A stretch of DNA of 64,000 bases. Origin: an uncultured Alphaproteobacteria bacterium (GTDB taxonomy: Bacteria; Pseudomonadota; Alphaproteobacteria; Rhizobiales; Beijerinckiaceae). The notes under the pieces were generated by a model that was not told where the DNA came from, searched no databases, and saw only the letters and a list, made by a program, of their open reading frames with translations. The stretch spans positions 472,229 to 536,228 of the forward strand of contig CAVPAB010000002.1 of the NCBI GenBank assembly GCA_963701405.1, in the 5' to 3' direction. Positions 37,737 to 47,191 of the stretch are shown piece by piece. The position numbers were made by a program, and so were the translations under genes. Each line of letters begins with the position of its first letter. The stretch's first letter is position 1.

Positions 37737-39522
37737 TGACTTCGACGCTCTCGCCGAACTGCGAGGCGAAGAAGTTGCTGTAGGTGCCGCCGCGACGGAT
37801 CAGGTCGTCGTGGGTTCCCCATTCGACGGCGCGGCCCTTCTCGATGACGAAGATGCGGTCCGCGTTGATGATCGTCTGCAGCCGGTGCGCGACGACGAGC
37901 GTCGTGCGTCCCTGGCGCAGATCGTCGAGCGCCTTCTGCACCTCGCGCTCGGATTCGGAATCGAGCGCCGCGGTGGGCTCGTCGAGCAGGATGATCGGGG
38001 CGTTCTTGAGAATGGCGCGGGCGATGGCGATGCGCTGCTTCTGTCCGCCCGACAATTGCGCGCCCTGTTCGCCCACGCTCGTGTCGTAGCCGGTGGCGAA
38101 GTCCATGATGAAATGGTGCGCATGGGCCTTGCGCGCCGCCTCGAAGATGTCCTCGTCGCTTGCGCCGGGTTTGCCGAGCGCAATGTTGTCGCGGATCGTG
38201 CCGCGGAAGAGATAGACGTCCTGCGAGACGAAGGCGATCTTCGCGCGCAAGCCCGCGAGGTCCACGAGTGAAATGTCCTGCCCGTCGATCTCGATCTTTC
38301 CCGATTCCGCCCGATAGAAGCGCTGCAGGAGAGCCAGAACCGTCGACTTGCCGCCCCCCGAGGGCCCCACGAGCGCGGTCGTCATGTTGGGTTCGGCGAC
38401 GAGGTCGAGGCCGTCGAGCACGGGCTCGTCGTCGCGATAGCGAAAGCGCACGCCGCTGAAGGCGATCCGACCGTGCGTGATGCGCAGGTCCGGCAGGCCC
38501 GGCGCGATCGCCTCGGCCGCCGGATGGTCGAGAACGTCGTACATCATCTTCGCGCTGGTGACGCCGTTCTGAAGCTGCAGCCGCAGCCGCGCGAGGCGCT
38601 TGGCCGGCTCGTAGGCCATCAGCAGCGCGGCGACGAACGAAAAGAACGTGCCCGCGTCGGCATGATGCAGCGTGACGCGCCAGCTGCCGTAGAAGATCAC
38701 GGCGCCGATGGCGAAGCCGGCGAGCGCGTCGGCGATCGGCCCCGACATGGCGGTGCCCGTCGACACCCGGTTCGAGCTGCGCTCGACCTCGCGCACGGCC
38801 GATTTCATGCGGCCGCGCATTTCGTCTTCGAGGTTGAACGACTTGACGATGCGCGCGCCCTGCACGGTCTCCTGCATCGTCTGCATGATCTGCGTCGCGC
38901 CGGCGTACCCGCGGATCACGAACTTGCGGATGCGCCCGACCGTCTGGTTGAGCAGCAGCGCGGCGACCGGGAGCGTCACGAGCGCGATGAGCGCGAGGAC
39001 CGGCTCCTGCACGAACATGACGATGATGAGGCCCAGCAGCGTGAGAATGTCGCGGCCCGCGGACGTGACGATCGCCTGCAGCGTGTCGCGCACGCCGTTG
39101 GGCGCATAGACGAGGCGCGTGATGAAGTCGCTCGAATGACGGTCGTGGAAGAAGCGCATGTCCTGCCGCAGCAGGTGGTCGAACAGACGGCGCTGGGCGT
39201 TGGCGATGATCGAATTGCCGACGCGCGCGAGCGTGATCGTTGCGAGGAAGGTGACGAGGCCCCGCAGGACGAAGAGACCGAAGACGAGCCACGCCATGAA
39301 GCGCAGGTCGCGGAACCGCTCGCCCTCCATGATCCCGTTGAGAACGGGCTTCAGCAGGTAGGCGGAATAGGCGGTGGCGGCGGCGCCGACGCCCAGCAGG
39401 GCGAGCGCGAGGACGTAGGCGCCCACGTGGCTGCGGCCGTGCTCGCGGAACAGCCGCCGGAGCATGTCCCAGGTTTCCGCGTTCAGGACCGGCTGGCGCG
39501 GCTTGGCGTCCTTCATCATCAT
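37705..39522 (-). CDS. MsbA-like ABC exporter (TMD plus NBD)
   Basis: AYEPAKRL; GPSGGGKS; LSGGQKQRIAIARA; LLDEPTAALD. Confidence 0.9.
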   Translation of the reverse strand: MMMKDAKPRQPVLNAETWDMLRRLFREHGRSHVGAYVLALALLGVGAAATAYSAYLLKPVLNGIMEGERFRDLRFMAWLVFGLFVLRGLVTFLATITLARVGNSIIANAQRRLFDHLLRQDMRFFHDRHSSDFITRLVYAPNGVRDTLQAIVTSAGRDILTLLGLIIVMFVQEPVLALIALVTLPVAALLLNQTVGRIRKFVIRGYAGATQIMQTMQETVQGARIVKSFNLEDEMRGRMKSAVREVERSSNRVSTGTAMSGPIADALAGFAIGAVIFYGSWRVTLHHADAGTFFSFVAALLMAYEPAKRLARLRLQLQNGVTSAKMMYDVLDHPAAEAIAPGLPDLRITHGRIAFSGVRFRYRDDEPVLDGLDLVAEPNMTTALVGPSGGGKSTVLALLQRFYRAESGKIEIDGQDISLVDLAGLRAKIAFVSQDVYLFRGTIRDNIALGKPGASDEDIFEAARKAHAHHFIMDFATGYDTSVGEQGAQLSGGQKQRIAIARAILKNAPIILLDEPTAALDSESEREVQKALDDLRQGRTTLVVAHRLQTIINADRIFVIEKGRAVEWGTHDDLIRRGGTYSNFFASQFGESVEVIKPQGSAARP

Positions 39523-39620
39523 CGCACGGGCTTAGCCCGTCGCCGGAGCGGCGACAAGCTGGGCGGAGCGTGGGTTCGCAAGGCCCCGCAGGGCGCCGCA
39601 GCGGCTGCGCGCGGCCCTGC

Positions 39621-41447
39621 TCAGGCCGACGGTTCGGACTTCCTGGGCCGCGACATCTCCTTGACGCGCCGCGACAGGCGAATGCCCCGGCGCTCCCTCT
39701 CGGCGCCGTCCTTCTGCAGGAAGGCCCGGAACTCGTCGCGCTTCTCGTGCACCGAGGCGATCACGTAGCCGGCGGGCACGCCGATATCGACCAGCAAGGC
39801 CTCGGCCAGTTGCAGGCTCGCTTCGATCGTCTCCGGGACGGCGTCGGTCGCGCCGATCTCGTAGAGGTGAGCCGCGTGGCCGGCGTCCCGCGCCCTTGCG
39901 ACGATGGTGAGATCGGAGCGCTGGGCGCGGGCCGCCTGCACGACGCGCTCCACAGCGGCGGGCGCGTCCATCGTCACCACGAGGGCCTTCGCGCCGGCGA
40001 TGCCGCACTTGCGCAGGAATTCGGGCCGCGCGGCGTCGCCCCAGTAGATGTTGAGGCCGGAATCCCGTGCGCTCGCCACCAGCCTCGGGTCGCCGTCCAC
40101 CGCCATGAACGCGATCTTGTGGCGGGCGAGCATTTCGCCCACGAGCGCGCCGACGCGTCCATGCCCGACGATGATGACGTGTCCCTGCGTGTCGCCTTCG
40201 GGCGCGTTCTCGACCATCGCCGACCCGTCGGCGGGCTTCTGTGCGGGGGGCGACAGCTTCGCGCCGATGGCGGCGAGCAGCGGGATGGTGATCATCGACA
40301 GCGTCACGGCGAGGGCGAGCTGGGACGCCAGGGGGCGGTCCAGCAGGCCTGCGGCGATGGCTGCGCCCAGCATCACGAAGGCGAACTCGCCGCCCGGCGC
40401 GTTCACCAGCGCCGCCTCGCGCGCCGCCGGTCCGCGCACGCCCGCCAGCCGCGCCAGCACATAGGTGATCAGGAACTTGCCGGCGATGAGCGCCAGCGCG
40501 ATGCCGATCGTCTGCAGCGGTTCGGCGACGATGCGGGCGAAGTCGAGCGCGGCGCCGACCGTGACGAAGAAGAGCCCCAGCAGCAGCCCCTTGAAGGGCT
40601 CGATCGTGACCTCGACCTCGCGCCTGTACTCCGTTTCCGCCAGCAGCAGGCCGGCGACGAACGCGCCGAGCGCCATCGACATGCCCGCGCTCGCCGCGCC
40701 CACGGCCGCCGCCATGATGACGAGCAGGCAGGCCGCCACGAACAATTCCGTCGAGCGCGCCGCCGCCACGTGGTGAAACAGCGGCCGGATCAGCAGGCGC
40801 CCCAATCCCACGAGGACCGCCAGGCCGATGAGCGCGGGCGCGAGCGTCGAGACGAACAGCGCCAGCACGCCGCTTCCCCCTTCGCTGCCGCCGAGCACCG
40901 TGATCATGAACAGGAACGGCGCGACCATCAGGTCCTGGAACAGGAGGATCGCGAAGGCCGTGCGCCCCGCCGACGAATTGAGCCGTTTGCGCTCGGCCAG
41001 CACCGGCATGACGATGGCCGTCGAGGACAGCGCCAGCGCCGCGCCGACGGCGATCGAGGCTTTCACGGAAAGGCCGGAGAGATAGGCGATCTCGCCGATG
41101 ACGATCGTCGTGATGGCGACCTGCGCCGCGCCGAGGCCGAAGACGAGCTTGCGCAGGCGCATCAGCCGTTCGAACGACAATTCGAGACCGATCATGAACA
41201 GGAGGAAGGCGACGCCGAGTTCGGCGACCTTGGAGAGCTGCTCGATGTTGCTGATCGAAACCCACTCGAACGCGGGCCAGGTGTCGGCGAGCCGTCCCAG
41301 TCCGAAGGGGCCGAGGAACACGCCGGCGGCGATGAAACCGAGCACGGGGCTGATGCGCAGGCGATGGAACAGCGGCACGACGATGCCGGCCGTAATCAGG
41401 AAGAGGATCGCTTCCTTGTAGTCGGAGATGTGAAGTTGATGTTCCAA
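39621..41447 (-). CDS. CPA2 cation:proton antiporter with KTN domain (KefB/KefC-like); TTG start inferred
   Basis: AELGVAFLLFMIGLE; LSSTAIV; EPFKGLLLGLFF; GGEFAFV; GHGRVG. Confidence 0.9.
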   Translation of the reverse strand: MEHQLHISDYKEAILFLITAGIVVPLFHRLRISPVLGFIAAGVFLGPFGLGRLADTWPAFEWVSISNIEQLSKVAELGVAFLLFMIGLELSFERLMRLRKLVFGLGAAQVAITTIVIGEIAYLSGLSVKASIAVGAALALSSTAIVMPVLAERKRLNSSAGRTAFAILLFQDLMVAPFLFMITVLGGSEGGSGVLALFVSTLAPALIGLAVLVGLGRLLIRPLFHHVAAARSTELFVAACLLVIMAAAVGAASAGMSMALGAFVAGLLLAETEYRREVEVTIEPFKGLLLGLFFVTVGAALDFARIVAEPLQTIGIALALIAGKFLITYVLARLAGVRGPAAREAALVNAPGGEFAFVMLGAAIAAGLLDRPLASQLALAVTLSMITIPLLAAIGAKLSPPAQKPADGSAMVENAPEGDTQGHVIIVGHGRVGALVGEMLARHKIAFMAVDGDPRLVASARDSGLNIYWGDAARPEFLRKCGIAGAKALVVTMDAPAAVERVVQAARAQRSDLTIVARARDAGHAAHLYEIGATDAVPETIEASLQLAEALLVDIGVPAGYVIASVHEKRDEFRAFLQKDGAERERRGIRLSRRVKEMSRPRKSEPSA

Positions 41448-41514
41448 ATCGCTCGCCTGACTGAGACGCGTCAGGCTACAGGATTCGAAACGGGAAAGGC
41501 CAGAGAAGAGGCTC

Positions 41515-42135
41515 TCACAAGCCGGGGATGTAGCTCGCGATCTTCGAGACGCCCTCGCTGACGGCCCCTGCGATGCGGCTCGGCGAGGGCGCGTAGGCGC
41601 CGATGCGCGCGAGCACGCCCGGGTTGTCCTGCGCCGGTTTCGCCTCGGGCTTGGTCTGGGAGGCGGCGACGTCCTGCGGCGCCTGCGCCGGTTCGCCGCG
41701 CGACTGGCCGGCCGAGGTCTCGCGCGGCTTGCCAGCTTGCGCGCCCACCTGCGCGCCCGCCTCGCGGCGGGGCGCGGGCTTGCGGGCGTCCTGCTGGCCG
41801 GCGGCGGCGCTGGCCTGTGCGGGCGTGGCGGCGGGCTTGCGCGGCTCGAGCGCCTCTTCGGGAAGGGCGGGCGCCACGCGCGCCAGCGAAATCGCGACGA
41901 CGGCGGCCGCGGCGGCCTCCTCGACGGCGGCAGAGTCCACATTGGCCTGGGCAACGGCGCCGCTGGGCTTGGCGCCGGGATCAGACCCCACGCGCCCCGC
42001 GCCGAACGCCAGGAACGCGATGGCGCAGGCGACGAGCGCAAGCGGGAACAGGGCGAGAAGCCCCTCGTTGGAGCGTCCCCGGTCCGGCGCCTTCCGATCG
42101 CTGCGCATCATGATTTGAAACCCCGTCAGGGTCAT
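41515..42135 (-). CDS. Hypothetical membrane-anchored Ala/Pro-rich protein
   Basis: One TM segment, low-complexity linker, amphipathic C-terminus; fills the gap between tal and the antiporter. Confidence 0.5.
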   Translation of the reverse strand: MTLTGFQIMMRSDRKAPDRGRSNEGLLALFPLALVACAIAFLAFGAGRVGSDPGAKPSGAVAQANVDSAAVEEAAAAAVVAISLARVAPALPEEALEPRKPAATPAQASAAAGQQDARKPAPRREAGAQVGAQAGKPRETSAGQSRGEPAQAPQDVAASQTKPEAKPAQDNPGVLARIGAYAPSPSRIAGAVSEGVSKIASYIPGL

Positions 42136-42178
42136 GTGTGACCCGAAGCGCGGCGAAAGTTGGGCGGGCGCCTGTTGC

Positions 42179-43147
42179 TCACACGCTGCGGATTTCCGCG
42201 GCGTCGAGGCGGGCCGAGACCATTTCGCGCAGCGAGCGCAGGTCCTTGGCGAACAGCCGGATGCCCTCGCTGAGCTTCTCGGTCGCCATGGCGTCCTCGT
42301 TGAGGAAATAGCGGAAGGACTTTTCGTCGAGCGTCATCCGGGCCGGGACGTCCTTGTCGATGACGGCAGGATCGAGCCGCCGGGCCAGCGGCCCCTGCGC
42401 GTTCGCAAGCTCGCCCAGAAGCTGCGGCGAGATCGTCAGCCGGTCGCAGCCAGCGAGCGCCTCGATCTCCCCGGTGTTGCGGAAGGAGGCGCCCATGACG
42501 ACGGTCTTCACGCCGTGCGCCTTGTAGTAATTGTAGATCGTGCGCACGGACAGCACGCCGGGATCGGTCTCGGCGGTGTAGGTCTTGCCCTCGTTCTTGA
42601 CGTGCCAGTCGAGGATGCGTCCCACGAACGGCGAGATCAGGAACGCCCCCGCGTCGGCGCAGGCGGCCGCCTGGGCGAGGCTGAAGATCAGCGTCATGTT
42701 GCAGTCGATGCCGTCCCTGTTGAGGATTTCGGCTGCGCGGATGCCCTCCCAGGTGGCGGCGAGCTTGATGAGCACGCGGTCGCGGCTCACGCCGCGCGCC
42801 TCGTAGTCGGCGATGAAGGCGCGCGCCTTGCCGACCATGCCCTCGACGTCGAACGACAGGTCCGCGTCGACCTCCGTCGAGACGCGGCCCGGCACGATGC
42901 GCGTCAGCTCCGCGCCGAAATTCACCGCCAGCCGGTCGCAGACCTCGCTGGTGACGCGCCGGCGGCTCATGCCCCACGAGATCGCCTCGTCCACCAGGTG
43001 CTGGTAGGCGTCCATCTGGGCGGCCTTGAGGATCAGCGTCGGGTTGGTCGTGCAATCGGTCGGCTGGAAGGTGCGGATCGACTCCATGTCGCCGGTGTCG
43101 GCGACGATCGTGGTCATCGTCTTGAGCTGGTCGAGTTTGCTGGCCAT
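42179..43147 (-). CDS. tal: Transaldolase (TalB-type)
   Basis: VADTGD; TTNPTLI; GRVSTEVDA; IKLAATWEGI; LISPFVGRI; MGASFRN. Confidence 0.96.
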   Translation of the reverse strand: MASKLDQLKTMTTIVADTGDMESIRTFQPTDCTTNPTLILKAAQMDAYQHLVDEAISWGMSRRRVTSEVCDRLAVNFGAELTRIVPGRVSTEVDADLSFDVEGMVGKARAFIADYEARGVSRDRVLIKLAATWEGIRAAEILNRDGIDCNMTLIFSLAQAAACADAGAFLISPFVGRILDWHVKNEGKTYTAETDPGVLSVRTIYNYYKAHGVKTVVMGASFRNTGEIEALAGCDRLTISPQLLGELANAQGPLARRLDPAVIDKDVPARMTLDEKSFRYFLNEDAMATEKLSEGIRLFAKDLRSLREMVSARLDAAEIRSV

Positions 43148-43509
43148 TCTGGCCTCCGTCCGAGAGCGTTCTCACGCACTTATAGCGGTCGCGCGCCGGC
43201 CCGCCAGCGCCAACAGGGCTCTCTCCACATGCGCGAGCGGCCCGGCGGCGGCGGCGCCGCGTCCCATGACCCCGGTCAAGAATGGACGAAAGGCGCCGTT
43301 TTTCGCCCTTGATCCCCGTGGGCAGCCTTGCCTAATGGGATGGGCGGGGCCATTTCCCCGCTACGGTTACGCCAGAGGGTGGGCCGCAGAAGGGGAGAGG
43401 TCTGAAGCCTGACATCCGTGCGGCGGCGGGGAGCGACGCTCGCGGACGGGTCGGGTCAGGTCGAGGGGAAACGGCGCGAACTCGCGCAATCGGAGAGAAG
43501 GGAATCGCG

Positions 43510-44502
43510 ATGAGCATTGATCTGGATCGCCGCCAGCTGCTGGCGGGACTTGCGGCAGCGGGCGCCATCGGCGCGACGGGCTCGGGGGCGATGGCGCAGG
43601 GCGCCTGGCCCAACAAGGGCATGACCATGATCGTGCCGTTCACGCCGGGCGGCTCGACGGACATTCTCGCGCGCCTCAGCGGCCAGAAGTTCACCGAAGC
43701 CTGGGGACAGTCCGTCACGGTCGAGAATCGTCCGGGCGCCGGCGGTTCGGTCGGCAGCGTGCAGATCGCGCGCGCGCCCGCCGACGGATACACGATCGGC
43801 ATGGGCCACATCGGCACGCTGAGCGTGAATCCCTCGCTCTACACGGGCCTGCAGTACGATCCGCTCAAGAGCTTCGAGCATCTGGGCATGCTCGCCAAGG
43901 TGCACAACATCATGGTCGTGCATCCCTCGATCCCGGCCAAGAACGTGCAGGAATTCATCGCTTATGCGAAGAAGAATCCAGGCAAGCTGAATTACGGCAC
44001 GGGCGGCAACGGCAGCGCCGCGCACATCGCGACGGCGGCCTTCATGGTCGCGACCGGCGTCGAGATGGTGCACGTGCCCTACCGCGGCACCGCGCCGGCG
44101 GTGAACGATCTCCTCTCGGGCCAGATCCAGGTGATGATGACAGGCGGCCCCGCCGTTCTGCCGCACGTGCGCGCGGGAACGCTGCGGGCGCTGGGCACGG
44201 CGAGCCTGACGCGCCTGCCTTCGGCCAACGAGATCCCCACCATCGCGGAGGCGGGCGTGCCCGGCTTCGAGGCCTCGCAATGGTACGGGCTCGTCGCGCC
44301 TGCGGGCACGCCCAAGGACATCGTGATGAAGTTCAACGCCGAGATCGCAAGGGCGATGAGCGACAAGCAGGTCGTGGAGACGCTCGATCGCGACGGCGCC
44401 GAGCCGTGGATCATGACGCCCGACCAGTTCCGCGCTCACATCGCCAAGGAGATTCCGCGCTGGGCGGACATTGTCCAGAAGGCGAACATCAAGATCAACT
44501 GA
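43510..44502 (+). CDS. Bug/TctC substrate-binding protein with Tat signal
   Basis: DRRQLL twin-Arg; VPFTPGGSTD; ENRPGAGG; HVPYRGTAPA. Confidence 0.93.
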   Translation: MSIDLDRRQLLAGLAAAGAIGATGSGAMAQGAWPNKGMTMIVPFTPGGSTDILARLSGQKFTEAWGQSVTVENRPGAGGSVGSVQIARAPADGYTIGMGHIGTLSVNPSLYTGLQYDPLKSFEHLGMLAKVHNIMVVHPSIPAKNVQEFIAYAKKNPGKLNYGTGGNGSAAHIATAAFMVATGVEMVHVPYRGTAPAVNDLLSGQIQVMMTGGPAVLPHVRAGTLRALGTASLTRLPSANEIPTIAEAGVPGFEASQWYGLVAPAGTPKDIVMKFNAEIARAMSDKQVVETLDRDGAEPWIMTPDQFRAHIAKEIPRWADIVQKANIKIN

Positions 44503-44525
44503 GCGCGCGGATAGTTTGAAGATGC

Positions 44526-44556
44526 ATCCCGCCGGGCCCTGCCCGGCGGGATTTTT
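44526..44556 (+). terminator. Terminator between convergent Bug genes
   Basis: ATCCCGCCGGG-ccctg-CCCGGCGGGAT-TTTT. Confidence 0.75.
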
Positions 44557-44564
44557 CGCGCCGC

Positions 44565-45653
44565 CTATTTCTTCTCGCGCTCGACGAGCGACAGCACGTC
44601 GGCCAGGCGCTTCTTCACGTCGGCGGGCGCGCCGATGATCTCGGAGACGATCTTCTGCAGCTCCTCGCCCGACACGGGATCGATGTCGAGATTGAGCTTC
44701 TTGGCTTCTTCGAGGAACGCGCCGTCCTTCACCATGGCGTCGAACGCCGCCCGCAGCGCCTTCACCCGCTCGGCCGGCACGTTCGGCGGCGCGAAGAACG
44801 GACGCCCGATGGTGGTCGGCGCCGAGAGGAGCCGCATCGCGGCGCGATCGAGATCGTTGGTCGCCACGTCCATCAGCAGCGGAACGTTCGGCAGGTCGGG
44901 CGCCTTGCGCAGGCCGATCTGCACGAGCACGTTGATCTTGCCGTCCTTGATCCAGTCCGGCCGCGTCGACTTGTAGGACGCCCACGCGTTGGAGCCGCGG
45001 CCGCCCACTTCGCCGCGCTCCATCGCGAGGTTGATTTCGTTGCCGCCCGGATAGCCGTAGATGACCTTGAACTTCGTTCCGGCGATGGCGTTCAGCACGG
45101 TCGGGTATTGCGACGACGTGTTGTAGCCGGTGGCGCCGACCGCGACCTCGATCTTGCGCGCGTCGTCGATCGTCTTCACCGGAACGGTGTGCCAGATGGC
45201 CAGCACGTTGTTGTCGGCGTTCGGATTGCCGATCCAGTTGAACTCGCGGGAGTCAAACTTCACGCCCGCATCGCCCAGCGCCTGCTCGAGCGGAATCGAC
45301 TGGTCGGCGATGCCCATCGCCGTGCCGTCCTTGGGCGCGACGCCATGGATGAAGGCCGCCGCCGTGCGGCTTCCGGCCCCCGCCATGTTGCGCACGATCA
45401 CCACCGGCTTGCCGGGGATCTGGTCGCCCAGGTGCCGGCCGACGAGCCGCGCATAGGCGTCATAGCCGCCGCCCACGGTGAAGCCGACGACGATGTCGAT
45501 CTTCTTTCCCTTGTAGAAATCCTCGACGCCCTGCTGCGCCTGCGCGGCGGACGAAAGGCCGCAGGCGGCAAGCCCGAGGGCGCTGGCGAGGACGCGCGCC
45601 GCGAGGCCTGCCGGGGCGTGCCCGAGCGCCGTTTGTGGGGATGAATTGGTCAT
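44565..45653 (-). CDS. Divergent Bug/TctC-like substrate-binding protein
   Basis: FYKGK; GFTVGGGYDAYAR; NMAGAGS; GYPGGNEINLAMERGEV; RPFFAPP. Confidence 0.88.
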   Translation of the reverse strand: MTNSSPQTALGHAPAGLAARVLASALGLAACGLSSAAQAQQGVEDFYKGKKIDIVVGFTVGGGYDAYARLVGRHLGDQIPGKPVVIVRNMAGAGSRTAAAFIHGVAPKDGTAMGIADQSIPLEQALGDAGVKFDSREFNWIGNPNADNNVLAIWHTVPVKTIDDARKIEVAVGATGYNTSSQYPTVLNAIAGTKFKVIYGYPGGNEINLAMERGEVGGRGSNAWASYKSTRPDWIKDGKINVLVQIGLRKAPDLPNVPLLMDVATNDLDRAAMRLLSAPTTIGRPFFAPPNVPAERVKALRAAFDAMVKDGAFLEEAKKLNLDIDPVSGEELQKIVSEIIGAPADVKKRLADVLSLVEREKK

Positions 45654-45790
45654 TGTCCCTCCGGTGGTGTTTCCTGACGGCGTCTGCGCGCCGCGCGCTT
45701 CGTCGGGTCGCCGCCCGCTGAAGCGGGCTTGGCCCCGGCCGAGGCGCCATCCCTTAAAGCCATTTGATTGAAGTGCAAACGGGTCGGCCC

Positions 45791-45839
45791 TTGACCCCCG
45801 GCGCAGCTGGTCGATACAAGCAGTCTTAGAAGTCTAAGA
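45791..45839 (+). promoter_or_regulatory. Promoter plus palindromic operator upstream of ribB
   Basis: TTGACC at 45791; GATACA/TACAAG near 45813-45820; perfect inverted repeat TCTTAGA-ag-TCTAAGA at 45824-45839. Confidence 0.65.
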
Positions 45840-45883
45840 TTTAAGTCCGCGCGACCCAGAGCGCGCGCGACCCGGGAGCGTTC

Positions 45884-47047
45884 ATGTCGCAGGAGACCCT
45901 GTCCTGGCTATCCACCATCGAGGATGTGGTCGAGGACGCGCGCGCCGGCCGCATGTTCATCCTGGTGGACGACGAGGACCGTGAAAACGAGGGCGACCTC
46001 GTCATTCCCGCCCAGATGGCGACAGCCGACGCGGTCAACTTCATGGCCCGCTACGGACGCGGCCTCATCTGCCTGTCGATGACGCGCCAGCGCGTCGAGG
46101 AACTCGGCCTGCAGCTCATGGCGCCGCGCAACGGCACGCGCCACCAGACGGCCTTCACGGTGTCCATCGAGGCGCGCGAGGGCGTCACGACCGGCATTTC
46201 CGCCGCCGACCGCGCCCGCACCATCGCCGTCGCGATCGACCCGAACAAGACCCGCGACGACATCGTCACCCCCGGACATATCTTTCCGCTCATGGCCCAG
46301 GACGGCGGCGTCATGGTCCGCGCCGGCCACACCGAGGCCGCGGTCGACATTTCGCGGCTGGCCGGGCTCAACCCCGCCGGCGTCATCTGCGAGATCATGA
46401 ACGACGACGGCACCATGGCCCGCATGCCGGACCTGGTGAAATTCGCCCAGACCCACGGGCTCAAGATCGCGACCATCGCCGACCTCATCGCCTACCGCCG
46501 CCGCAACGAGCGGCTCATCCAGCTGGAGGCGGAGACCCGCATCGAAAGCCGCTTCGGCGGCGCGTTCGACGTGCGCGTCTACAGCAATACGGTCCAGTAC
46601 GCCGAGCACATCGCGCTCGTGCGCGGCGACATTTCCGGCCCCGATCCAGTGCTGGTGCGCATGCACCAGGCCAACATGCTCGCCGACAGCCTCGGCGACG
46701 TGACGGCGGGCGAGTTCTACGGCGGCGAGGCCCGCAACCGCGGCGGCGAACTCGAAGCCTCGATGCGGATGATCGCCGAGGCGGACCGCGGCGTGATCGT
46801 CATCATCCGCGAACCCTCCGGCACGAGCATCAGCCGCGCCATTCACGAACGCAACGGCGCCGCCGCGCGCCGGCCCATCGCCGAACTCCGGCAGTACGGC
46901 GTGGGCGCCCAGATCCTCGCGGACCTGGGATTGAAGAAGATCATCCTGTTGTCGAACACGAAGCGCAACATCGTGGGCATCGAGGGCTACGGCATCGAAG
47001 TCGTGACCCAGCAGCCCATCCCGCCCCATTACATTCACGGGGCGTGA
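45884..47047 (+). CDS. ribB: DHBP synthase with degenerate GTP cyclohydrolase II domain (RibBX type)
   Basis: DDEDRENEGD; FTVSIEA; TGISAADR; RAGHTEA; CEIMNDDG; C-terminal domain VRMHQANML lacks the Zn-binding Cys triad; LRQYGVGAQIL. Confidence 0.92.
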   Translation: MSQETLSWLSTIEDVVEDARAGRMFILVDDEDRENEGDLVIPAQMATADAVNFMARYGRGLICLSMTRQRVEELGLQLMAPRNGTRHQTAFTVSIEAREGVTTGISAADRARTIAVAIDPNKTRDDIVTPGHIFPLMAQDGGVMVRAGHTEAAVDISRLAGLNPAGVICEIMNDDGTMARMPDLVKFAQTHGLKIATIADLIAYRRRNERLIQLEAETRIESRFGGAFDVRVYSNTVQYAEHIALVRGDISGPDPVLVRMHQANMLADSLGDVTAGEFYGGEARNRGGELEASMRMIAEADRGVIVIIREPSGTSISRAIHERNGAAARRPIAELRQYGVGAQILADLGLKKIILLSNTKRNIVGIEGYGIEVVTQQPIPPHYIHGA

Positions 47048-47191
47048 GACCTGAACGCCGGGCGCCGTTCCCGGCGGGCAGGTTCGACGAGATGAAGCCG
47101 GGACGGAGCGCGCCGCGTTGCGCGACAATCCGCGTCAAGCGGAAGACGCGCAGAGACAAAAAGCAGAGACAAGACTCGGAGGAAATTCAGG

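Noticed and set aside
39621-42041. 806 aa extended antiporter
   Set aside because: The upstream 200 aa is an alternate frame of the 41515-42135 ORF; recognisable antiporter sequence begins near 41447.
45654-45883. FMN riboswitch upstream of ribB
   Set aside because: No RFN core motifs seen, and the putative promoter is too close to the ATG.
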